From Gemmatimonadota bacterium (lineage in GTDB: Bacteria; Gemmatimonadota; Gemmatimonadetes; Palauibacterales; Palauibacteraceae), in NCBI GenBank assembly GCA_022825725.1, contig JAJDWE010000055.1, positions 28,919-92,918 on the forward strand: a stretch of 64,000 nt of DNA. Reading direction: 5' to 3'. A program made the translations under genes and the position numbers. The notes beneath the pieces were generated by a model that was not told where the DNA came from, did no database searches, and saw nothing but the letters and a program-made list of their open reading frames with translations. Of this stretch, positions 56,222-64,000 are shown piece after piece (within the stretch, counting starts at the first letter, position 1; each line of letters opens with the position of its first letter).

Positions 56222-56466
56222 GACCTCGAGGTATGCGGGCTCGCCCGGTCCCGTGGAACCGCCACAGCCGGCAAGGACCAGGGCCGGGAGCAGAACGAAA
56301 GCAAAGCTTCTGCCGCGAATGGGAGTGCTCCTTTCTCAACCGGTCTCCGATGACTCGACCGATAATCGTACCCGTCAGCCGCCCAGGGGTTCTCGCGCCG
56401 CGGACATCCGGTCCGCCCGATTCCGACCCCGGCATCGCGGCGGCCGCCTTTGTATCATGTCACACC

Positions 56467-56889
56467 ATGGAACGGCATACGGCAGGGGCCGGGCGCACGT
56501 CTGAACCCATCCACGAAGAGGAGCGGGAGACGGCGGGCCGCGGCGAGCCCCGAATCGTGGACAAGCCCTGGGGGCGCGAGGTGTGGTACGCCCACACGGA
56601 CCGCTACGCGGGGAAGATACTCGAAGTCGACAAGGGGCACGTCCTCTCGCTGCAGAAGCACCTCGTGAAGCACGAGACGATGCTGCTCCAGTCCGGGCGC
56701 ATGCTTTTTACGCTCAACGACGAAGTCTTCGAGTGGCTCCCGGGCGAGGTCGTCTCCATTCCTCCGGGGAACGTGCACCGCATGGAGGCGCTCGAGGACA
56801 GCGTCATCCTCGAGGTGAGCACGCCGGAACTGGACGACCTGGTGCGCCTCGAGGACCGCTACGGACGGGCCGGTCGGAAGGGCTGCTGA
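56467..56889 (+). CDS. cupin-domain protein
   Basis: Two-motif cupin pattern (GKILEVDKGHVLSLQKHLVKHE ... VSIPPGNVHRMEA). The ATG at 56467 was verified. It ends 60 nt before gdh. Confidence 0.6.
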   Translation: MERHTAGAGRTSEPIHEEERETAGRGEPRIVDKPWGREVWYAHTDRYAGKILEVDKGHVLSLQKHLVKHETMLLQSGRMLFTLNDEVFEWLPGEVVSIPPGNVHRMEALEDSVILEVSTPELDDLVRLEDRYGRAGRKGC

Positions 56890-56949
56890 CGGCTAACGAA
56901 GCGCCTCGAAGGTCCCGACTCCGACTCCGGCACCTGCGCCGTTGACCGT

Positions 56950-59900
56950 GTGCGGCACAATGGGGTATCTACGGGCATGAAAAACAAGCATGCGCAGCAG
57001 TCGGACCTCGGCCCCCTGATCCGCGAGGTCGAATCGCGACTCCCGGACGCGCCCGGCGAAGCCGTCCGCAATCTCTCCCGCCGTCTCTTCAGCCGCGGCT
57101 ACGCCCACATCGCGGATGGACGTCCGGTGCGCGCTCTGGCCGACGATGTCGCAGCCCTCTACCGCCTCCTGGCCGGCGCCGCCGACGGCGAAATCGCGAT
57201 CCGCCTCGCCTGGGACGAGGACGATCCATCGCGCGGCGTCCTTCAGACGGTGATGGAGGACCGGCCCTTCATCGTCGACACGCTGCGCGAGTATCTCCAC
57301 TCGGCGGGGATCGACATCCCGCACCTGCTCCACCCGGTCGTCGTGGTGGACCGGGACGCCTCCGGCCGCGTGCTCGACATCCGCGACCATTCCGCCGAGG
57401 GCACGCGCGTATCGGTCGTCCACATCGTGCTCGACGACGCGCACCACGCCGAGGTCCGCGAGACGTTGGAAGCCGAGGTACGGCAGCGCCTCGAACTCGT
57501 GAGGGCGGTCACCGCGGACTTCTCCGCCATGATCGAGCAGGTGGGGACGCTCGTCAGCGAACTCGAGACCAAGCGGGTCGAGACGCCGTGGCGGAGCGCC
57601 GAATTCGAGGAGATCCAGGACCTGCTCCGGTGGCTCGTGGACCCCGGGTTCGTCTTCCTCGGCTATCGCGCGTACCAAATCGAGACGGACGACGCGGGCC
57701 GCGACTGGATCCGCGTCGACGAGGGAAGCGGCCTCGGGATCCTCAGGGACGACGACAAATCGAAATACTACGAACCCCGGCCCCTCGACGAACTCCCCGC
57801 CTACCTCCGCGCCCGGGTGCTGGGCGGCCCGCTTCTCATCATCTCCAAGACCAACGCCCAGAGTCCGATTCGGCGCAACGTCCGCATGGACTACGTGGGC
57901 ATCAAACGTCTGCGCCCGGACGGGACGGTGTACGGCGAGTACCGGTTCCTCGGTCTGTTCACCGCGAAGGCGTTCTCGCAGGACGCCTCCTCCATCCCGA
58001 TCCTGCGCCGCAAGCTGCGCGAGATCCTTCAGCTGGAAGCCGCGCCCCCGGGATCGCACGACTACAACGTCATCCTGGGGACGTTCAACTCGATGCCGAA
58101 GGAGGAACTGTTCCTCGCCTCGGTGGAGGAGATCCGCTCGGTCGTCGATGCGGTCATGGCGACCGGAGGCGGGGACGATGTGCGGGTCACGGCGCGTCCC
58201 GACCAGCTCGGCCGCGGCGTCCAGCTCATGGTCATCCTCCCCAGGACCCATTTCTCCGGGCAGGTGCGGAGGCGGCTGCAGACGGCGCTGATCGAGGCCT
58301 ACCGGGGGACGCTCCTCAACTACCACCTCGCGCTCGGCCAGGGCGACCAGGCGCGCCTCCATTTCTATCTGGCCCACGACCCGGACGAGGTGGGGGCGGT
58401 CGACCTCGACGCCGTCCAGGCCAAGGTCCGCTCGATCGTCCGCACCTGGGAGGAGCGCCTCGAGGACGCGCTCGATGCCGTCCACGGCCCTTCGCGGGGC
58501 CACGAACTCGCAACGCACGTCGTGCGCTTCTCGACCGGCTACCAGGCGGCGATGGACATCGACACCGCCATCGAGGACGTCGCGTGTCTCGCGCGGCTGG
58601 CCGAGACGGGCGAGAGCCAGGTGCTGCTGAAACGGTCCCTGACGGAAGCGGACGGACGGCACTACCAGTTGCGGCTGTATGCCCGGAAGGGTCACTACGT
58701 CCTGAGCGACGTGATCCCCACGCTCGAGAACCTGGGGCTCCGGGTGCTCGACTCGCTCCGCTTCACGATCCAGCTCAAGGATGAGACGCCCGACGCCACG
58801 GAGGAGACGTTCGCGGCGCGCGTCCAGTCCTTCGAAGCCGAGGCGCGACGCGCCGGCGACCTCGACATCGCGGCGGCGCAGGACCGGATCGGAGACATGC
58901 TGCGGGCCATCCGGGCGGGAGTCGCCGAAGATGACCGGCTGAACGAACTCATCGTGACCGCCGGTCTCACGTGGCCGGAGGTATCCGTCCTCCGGGCCTA
59001 TGCGGGCTACACCTTCCGCATCGGCGCCGTCGCCGCCCCCACCGGCGGCCAGTTTCCGCTCACGGCGTACCCCGACATCGCACGCTGCATCTTCCGTGCC
59101 TTCGAGGCGCGCTTCGATCCGGAGGCACAGGAGGGGGCGGCCGACACGATGCGGCATCTGAAGCGCGAGTTCGCGCGGGCGCTGGCTTCGGTGCGCGGGA
59201 TCGAGGACGACCGGACGCTGCGGCGGATGATGGAACTCGTCCACGCCACCGTGCGCACGAACCACTACCGGGGCGAGTTGCGCCGGTCACCTCTCCTCGC
59301 GCTCAAGATCTCGAGCCGCTCCGTCGACTTCATTCCGAAGCCGAAGCCGAAGCACGAGGTCTACCTGCGCGGGCCTCGGACGGAGGCCGCCCACCTGCGC
59401 ATGGACGACGTGGCGCGCGGCGGCATCCGGTGGAGCGACCGCTACGGGGACTTCCGGGTGGAAGTGCTCGGACTCGTGAAGACGCAGAGGGTGAAGAACG
59501 CCGTCATCGTGCCCGGCGGCGCGAAGGGCGCCTTCATCGTGAAGGGACTGCCGGATGAGCGCGAAGCGCGGCTTGCGGCGGGGCTGGACAGCTACCGGGA
59601 CTTCATTCGCGGGCTGCTGGAAGTCTCCGACGACGTCGTCGATGGCGAAGTGACGCAACCCCGGGGGATGGTGATCCACGACGGACCCGACCCGTACCTC
59701 GTCGTGGCGGCGGACAAGGGGACGGCGAAGAACTCGGATACGGCCAATGAACTCGCGGCGGAAGCGGGCTTCTGGCTCGACGACGCCTTCGCCTCCGGCG
59801 GATCGCAGGGGTACGACCACAAGAAAGAGGGAATCACGGCCCGCGGTGCGTGGGAATGCGTGAAGCGCCACTTCCGGGAAGCGGACATCGACTACGAGCA

Positions 59901-61818
59901 CGAACCCTTCACGGCGGTCGGGATCGGAGACATGAGCGGCGACGTGTTCGGCAACGGGATGCTGCTCAGCAAGCAGATCCAGCTCGTCGCCGCCTTCGAT
60001 CACCGCGACATCTTCCTCGATCCGAACCCGGATCCGGAGGCGTCGTGGGAGGAACGGAAACGGCTGTTCGAACTCCCGGCCTCGTCGTGGGCCGACTACG
60101 ACGCCGAGCTGCTGAGCGAGGGGGGTGGCGTCTACGACCGTACCGAGAAGCAGATCCACCTCTCGCCGCAGATCCGGGAGCGCCTCGGCATCGATCACGA
60201 GGAGATGAACGGGAACGAGCTGATCCGCGCGATCCTGTCAGCGCCGGTCGACCTCCTCTGGAACGGCGGCATCGGCACGTACGTGAAGGCGAGTTCGGAA
60301 CGCCACGCCGACGTCGGCGACCCGAGCGGCGATCCCACGCGGGTCGATGCGACGGGCATTCGGGCGCGCGTCGTGGGCGAGGGCGGCAATCTCGGCTTCA
60401 CGCAGCGCGCGCGGGTCGAATACGCGCTCCGCGAGGGGAGCATCAACACGGACGCCGTCGACAACTCCGCCGGGGTCGACATGTCCGACCACGAGGTCAA
60501 CCTCAAGATCCTCCTCGGCGCGCCGCTGTCGCGCGGGGGGATCGATTACGAGGCGCGAAACGATCTGCTCCGGGAGTGCACGGACGAGGTCGCGTGGAAG
60601 GTGCTCCGCAACACGTACAATCAGAGCCTCGCGATCAGCCTCGACTACATCCGGGCGCGGCGCGCCCCCGCCGCATTCCGCGAGGTGATCCAGCGCTTCG
60701 AGCGGGAGGGGATCCTCGATCCGGCCCTCGAATACCTGCCGGCGGGCGAGGAACTCATCGAACGGGAGAACGTCGGGGCGCACCTCACGAGGCCGGAACT
60801 CGCGACGGTCATGGCCTACTCGAAGCTCCACCTCAAGCATGCGCTCACGGAGTCCAGCGTGTCGCGCGACCCGGCGATGATGGAACTGGTGGAGGACTAC
60901 TTTCCGTTCGGGGCGCTGAAGGAGGTCGAGACGTCGGACCTCGAGGAACACCGGCTGCGGCCGAACATCTCGAGCATGCTGCTGACGAACCGCTTCGTGG
61001 ACCGCATGGGCGCCACGAGCCATATCCGGCTCATGGAGGAGACCGGCCGCGCCGCCGCGACCGTCGCCCGCGCCTGGTACGTCGCGTCACGGATCGCGGA
61101 CGCCGAGGACCTGTACGAGCGGCTGCGCGTCGCCGACGTCCGGATGCGGAGCGGGGCGCAGAACGAGTGCTACCTCGCCATGGCCGACGCGCTGACGCGC
61201 GCGACTCGATGGCTCCTGCAGCGGACCAACCCCGGCGAGCCGATCAGCGAGGCGATCGAGTGGCTGCACGACCCCGTGCGGGGGGTCCGCGACGCCCTGC
61301 CGAAACTGCTCACCGCAGAGCGGCGGGAACGTTTCGAATCCACCTGCTCGCTGCACGAGATGGACGGACTCGATCCGGAGGGCGCGGCGCAGCTCGCGAC
61401 CTTCCGCTACGTGGACGAACTGCTGCCGATCGCCAGCCTCATCCGCGAAACGGGTGCCGGCACGCGCGAGGTCGGCGCCGTGTACTTCGGCCTCGCCGAG
61501 GAGATCGACTTCCCATGGCTGCGGAGCCGCGTCTACTCGCAAGCCACGGACGATCCGTGGGACCAGAGGGCGGCGCGCATCCTCGTCACGCGACTCGAAC
61601 TCGCGCGTTCCCGCATGGCGGCGCAGATCATCGCCCGTGCCGAGGCGTCGACGACGGAAGATGCGATGAGATCCTTCCGGCGCCGGAACGCCGTGGGGTT
61701 GAGCCGAATACGGAACGTGATCGCCGACGTCCGGAGCACGGGAGCGGAACTCCCCGGGCTCGTCGTGGCCGTCGATGCCGTCAACGATCCGGGGATCCTG
61801 GAACCCCCGGACCGCTGA
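56950..61818 (+). CDS. gdh: NAD-specific glutamate dehydrogenase, large (~180 kDa) GdhB class
   Basis: 1622 aa. Catalytic core with KGGIRWSDRYGDFRVEVLGLVKTQRVKNAVIVPGGAKGAFIV and a GDMSGDVFGNGML Rossmann glycine motif, with the long N- and C-terminal extensions typical of the large NAD-GDH family. Confidence 0.8.
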   Translation: MRHNGVSTGMKNKHAQQSDLGPLIREVESRLPDAPGEAVRNLSRRLFSRGYAHIADGRPVRALADDVAALYRLLAGAADGEIAIRLAWDEDDPSRGVLQTVMEDRPFIVDTLREYLHSAGIDIPHLLHPVVVVDRDASGRVLDIRDHSAEGTRVSVVHIVLDDAHHAEVRETLEAEVRQRLELVRAVTADFSAMIEQVGTLVSELETKRVETPWRSAEFEEIQDLLRWLVDPGFVFLGYRAYQIETDDAGRDWIRVDEGSGLGILRDDDKSKYYEPRPLDELPAYLRARVLGGPLLIISKTNAQSPIRRNVRMDYVGIKRLRPDGTVYGEYRFLGLFTAKAFSQDASSIPILRRKLREILQLEAAPPGSHDYNVILGTFNSMPKEELFLASVEEIRSVVDAVMATGGGDDVRVTARPDQLGRGVQLMVILPRTHFSGQVRRRLQTALIEAYRGTLLNYHLALGQGDQARLHFYLAHDPDEVGAVDLDAVQAKVRSIVRTWEERLEDALDAVHGPSRGHELATHVVRFSTGYQAAMDIDTAIEDVACLARLAETGESQVLLKRSLTEADGRHYQLRLYARKGHYVLSDVIPTLENLGLRVLDSLRFTIQLKDETPDATEETFAARVQSFEAEARRAGDLDIAAAQDRIGDMLRAIRAGVAEDDRLNELIVTAGLTWPEVSVLRAYAGYTFRIGAVAAPTGGQFPLTAYPDIARCIFRAFEARFDPEAQEGAADTMRHLKREFARALASVRGIEDDRTLRRMMELVHATVRTNHYRGELRRSPLLALKISSRSVDFIPKPKPKHEVYLRGPRTEAAHLRMDDVARGGIRWSDRYGDFRVEVLGLVKTQRVKNAVIVPGGAKGAFIVKGLPDEREARLAAGLDSYRDFIRGLLEVSDDVVDGEVTQPRGMVIHDGPDPYLVVAADKGTAKNSDTANELAAEAGFWLDDAFASGGSQGYDHKKEGITARGAWECVKRHFREADIDYEHEPFTAVGIGDMSGDVFGNGMLLSKQIQLVAAFDHRDIFLDPNPDPEASWEERKRLFELPASSWADYDAELLSEGGGVYDRTEKQIHLSPQIRERLGIDHEEMNGNELIRAILSAPVDLLWNGGIGTYVKASSERHADVGDPSGDPTRVDATGIRARVVGEGGNLGFTQRARVEYALREGSINTDAVDNSAGVDMSDHEVNLKILLGAPLSRGGIDYEARNDLLRECTDEVAWKVLRNTYNQSLAISLDYIRARRAPAAFREVIQRFEREGILDPALEYLPAGEELIERENVGAHLTRPELATVMAYSKLHLKHALTESSVSRDPAMMELVEDYFPFGALKEVETSDLEEHRLRPNISSMLLTNRFVDRMGATSHIRLMEETGRAAATVARAWYVASRIADAEDLYERLRVADVRMRSGAQNECYLAMADALTRATRWLLQRTNPGEPISEAIEWLHDPVRGVRDALPKLLTAERRERFESTCSLHEMDGLDPEGAAQLATFRYVDELLPIASLIRETGAGTREVGAVYFGLAEEIDFPWLRSRVYSQATDDPWDQRAARILVTRLELARSRMAAQIIARAEASTTEDAMRSFRRRNAVGLSRIRNVIADVRSTGAELPGLVVAVDAVNDPGILEPPDR

Positions 61819-61826
61819 TCGGCTCA

Positions 61827-61847
61827 GGCAGCCGGAGCGCGGCTGCC
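61827..61847. terminator. GC-rich hairpin between the convergent gdh and glnA genes (candidate bidirectional terminator)
   Basis: GGCAGCCG-gagcg-CGGCTGCC: a perfect 8-bp stem with a 5-nt loop, 9 nt after the gdh stop and 12 nt before the glnA stop. No U-tract on either side. Confidence 0.4.
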
Positions 61848-61858
61848 CTCAACTGCGG

Positions 61859-63259
61859 CTAGTAGTTGATGTACTGCTCGAGCTCCCACTCGGAGACCGA
61901 CGCCACGTAGTCGCTCCACTCGGACTTCTTGCGGCTCACGAACTGCCCGAAGATGTGGTCGCCGAGCGCGTCCTTCATCACGTCGTTCGCCTCGAGTTCC
62001 TCCACCGCCTCGCCGAGGTTGGCGGGCAGCACCTCGAGACCGATCTCCGCGCGCTGTTCGTCGGTCAACTGCCACACGTTCGTGTCGAGCGGCGGCCCCG
62101 GATCGATCTGGTTCTCGATGCCGTCGAGGCCGGCCGCGAGCTGGACGGCGAGCGCCAGGTAGCCGTTGCAGGACGGATCGGGCATGCGGAACTCGAGCCG
62201 CGTGCCGAGGCCGCGCTGCTCCGGAATGCGGATCATCGGCGACCGGTTCCGCTGCGACCACGCGATGGAAATCGGCGCCTCGTAGCCGGGCACGAGCCGC
62301 TTGTAGCTGTTCACGATCGGGTTGGTGACCGCCGCGATGGCCCGCGCGTGCTTCTTCAGGCCGCCGATGTAGTGGAGCATGACATCGGCCAGCTCGTAGT
62401 CGGCGTTCGCGTCGTGGAAGATGTTCTTCCCGTCCTTGAACAGCGACTGGTGCGTGTGCATGCCGGAGCCGTTCGCGCCGAAGATCGGCTTCGGCATGAA
62501 CGTCGCGTGGAGCCCGTGCGCGTGCGCGATATTGCGGACGATGAACTTGAAGGTCGAGAGGTCGTCGGCCGTGCGCAGCGCCTGGGCGTACTTGTAGTCG
62601 ATCTCGTGCTGGCCCTCGGCGACCTCGTGGTGCGCGGCCTCGATATCGAGGCCCATCGACTCCATGCCGGTGACCATCTCGCGCCGCGCGCGCTCGGCGA
62701 GATCCGACGGCGTGAGGTCGAAGTACCCGCCATCGTCGTCGGTGACGAAATTGCAGCTGCCGTCCTCGTTCGTCTTGAAGAGGAAGAACTCGGCCTCGAC
62801 GGCGGCGTACATCGTGAAGCCCATCGACTCCGCCCTGGAGACGACGCGCTTCAGCGCCGCGCGCGGGCAGCCCCCGAACGGCTTGTTGTAGGGACGGCGG
62901 ACGTCGCAGTACATCTGGGCCACCCGGGCGTCCGGGTTCCCCCACGGGAAGATCCGGAACGTGTCGAGGTCCGGCCTGAGGAGCATGTCGCTCTCCTCGA
63001 TGCGGACGTAGCCGCCGATGGAGGAGCCGTCGAACATGACCTTGGCGTCGAACCCTTCCTCGAACTTGCTCGCCGGGACCTCGACGTTCTTCGCGAAGCC
63101 GTCGATGTCGATGAAGATGAGACGAAGGAAACGGACGTTCAGATCCTCGCAGAGCTTCAGGATCGCGTCCCGGTCGCCCGTGGCGACGGTGCTCCCGTAG
63201 TCGTCGTATCGAATGTGCGAGGGGTGTTCACTGGGTGCCGCAAAAACGGCGTCGGACAT
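61859..63259 (-). CDS. glnA: glutamine synthetase type I
   Basis: 466 aa. FDGSSIGG, the GSHMHTH-like region (ANGSGMHTHQSLF), the NPYL-like region (NPIVNSYKRLVPGYEAP) and full GSI colinearity. Confidence 0.85.
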   Translation of the reverse strand: MSDAVFAAPSEHPSHIRYDDYGSTVATGDRDAILKLCEDLNVRFLRLIFIDIDGFAKNVEVPASKFEEGFDAKVMFDGSSIGGYVRIEESDMLLRPDLDTFRIFPWGNPDARVAQMYCDVRRPYNKPFGGCPRAALKRVVSRAESMGFTMYAAVEAEFFLFKTNEDGSCNFVTDDDGGYFDLTPSDLAERARREMVTGMESMGLDIEAAHHEVAEGQHEIDYKYAQALRTADDLSTFKFIVRNIAHAHGLHATFMPKPIFGANGSGMHTHQSLFKDGKNIFHDANADYELADVMLHYIGGLKKHARAIAAVTNPIVNSYKRLVPGYEAPISIAWSQRNRSPMIRIPEQRGLGTRLEFRMPDPSCNGYLALAVQLAAGLDGIENQIDPGPPLDTNVWQLTDEQRAEIGLEVLPANLGEAVEELEANDVMKDALGDHIFGQFVSRKKSEWSDYVASVSEWELEQYINY

Positions 63260-63381
63260 GGCGCGACCTCCGGGTCACTTGGGGGCGTACTGAAGGGGGG
63301 TGCGTACGTCCGGTTCCGCGCCTGGCGGTCGGGCACGACCCGCAATGTCGCGAGGCACTATGGGGAGCGGATCGGCCATCG

Positions 63382-64000
63382 TCAACCTCGTCCGCCGACG
63401 CCCGACCGTCGGCGGCCCCGCCGCGGTAACCGCCAACTCCACAGCCGGACGGTTTCCGGCCTCCGGGCGCACGCCACGGCGCCCGTGAAACCTTCCCCGG
63501 GGAAGAGGTCCATCAACCACCAGGAGCGCCCGTCGAGTTCCCCGCGAATCGTGTCGACGCGGTTCAGCGGACGCGACAGACCGAGCCCGGCGGCCTTGAG
63601 GATCGACTCCTTCCGGGCCCAGATCCGGAAGAACTCCGGCCTCGCCGCCGGGGTCTCCCAGTCGGACCGGAGGCGCCGTTCCTCGGGGGAGAGGTGGTCG
63701 CGGGCGAGGCCCCCCGGGTAGCTGAGCGGCCGGATGCGTTCGATGTCCACGCCAATCTCGCCGAGTTGGCCCACCGCGCAGAGCGCGAGTCCGCCCGAGT
63801 GGCTGAGGTTGAAGAAGAACGGGGGAGCGTCGCCGGCCCCGTCGCTCCTTTGTGCCGACACCAGCCGGGGCTTTCCGTGCTCTCCGTACTCCATCGTCAA
63901 GTTGCCGGGCGGAACGCGCAGGTACTCGGAGAGGAGACGTCGCAGCGCGATGCGGGCGCAACGGAAGCGAGCGCGCGCCTCCGCGTTGACGAGTCGCTCG
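63382..64000 (-). CDS. 4'-phosphopantetheinyl transferase (Sfp/EntD type), 5'-partial at the window edge
   Basis: GKPRL...FNLSHSGGLA...GVDIE...WARKESILKAAGLGL carries the PPTase motifs. The reading frame stays open upstream of the annotated Met through 64000 (…RFRCARIALRRLLSEYLRVPPGNLT), so the gene continues beyond the window. Confidence 0.6.
   Translation of the reverse strand, partial: ERLVNAEARARFRCARIALRRLLSEYLRVPPGNLTMEYGEHGKPRLVSAQRSDGAGDAPPFFFNLSHSGGLALCAVGQLGEIGVDIERIRPLSYPGGLARDHLSPEERRLRSDWETPAARPEFFRIWARKESILKAAGLGLSRPLNRVDTIRGELDGRSWWLMDLFPGEGFTGAVACARRPETVRLWSWRLPRRGRRRSGVGGRG

Noticed and set aside
1-64000. Scan for CRISPR arrays, rRNA/tRNA genes, IS elements and integrases
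   Set aside because: No direct-repeat/spacer periodicity, no tRNA-like cloverleaf candidates in intergenic regions that I could fold by eye, and no transposase or integrase motifs (DDE, R-H-R-Y) in any frame. The window appears to be core chromosome, not an obvious mobile island, apart from the accessory-looking cluster at 12483-23972.

Overview
This window is a high-GC (~70%) bacterial chromosomal segment. TolC, β-barrel outer-membrane proteins, lipobox lipoproteins and MlaD point to a Gram-negative organism, and the gene content resembles Gemmatimonadota-like soil or marine lineages. That lineage guess is inference only. About 50 protein-coding genes are supportable, with no rRNA, tRNA, CRISPR array, transposase or integrase recognisable by eye. 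Housekeeping genes include gyrA, rho, a short ssb, a CDP-alcohol phosphatidyltransferase, a thioredoxin-reductase-type ferredoxin-NADP reductase, etfBA, fabH, moeA, a giant NAD-specific glutamate dehydrogenase, glnA (GS type I) and an imuB-dnaE2 SOS-mutagenesis cassette. The most interesting region is a co-directional minus-strand gene train from 12483 to 23972 with gaps of 45 nt or less. It runs ECF sigma, anti-sigma, LTXXQ/CpxP-like periplasmic protein, TolC, membrane-fusion lipoprotein, FtsX-type ABC permease with no ATPase gene, a 181-aa hypothetical, a patatin-like phospholipase, a YhaO/SbcD-like Mre11 nuclease, and a 954-aa YhaN/SbcC-like SMC ATPase carrying an internal transmembrane hairpin. 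The last four genes look like a candidate undescribed membrane-associated nuclease/lipase system, possibly anti-phage defence or envelope-damage response. Other notable items are a second ECF sigma whose overlapping anti-sigma factor ends in a CBM48/AMPK-β glycogen-binding-like module, an imuB whose conserved C-terminal domain sits in a separate +1-frame ORF, a DUF4377 lipoprotein with no canonical start codon (apparent ATT start after a perfect Shine-Dalgarno), an FGE-domain protein with an unknown N-terminal domain and a leaderless-type promoter, a tandem-duplicated double-length CRTAC1/FG-GAP-ASPIC protein, and a Tat-signal MalY-like C-S lyase. The many long antisense ORFs in the six-frame track are artefacts of the high GC content.
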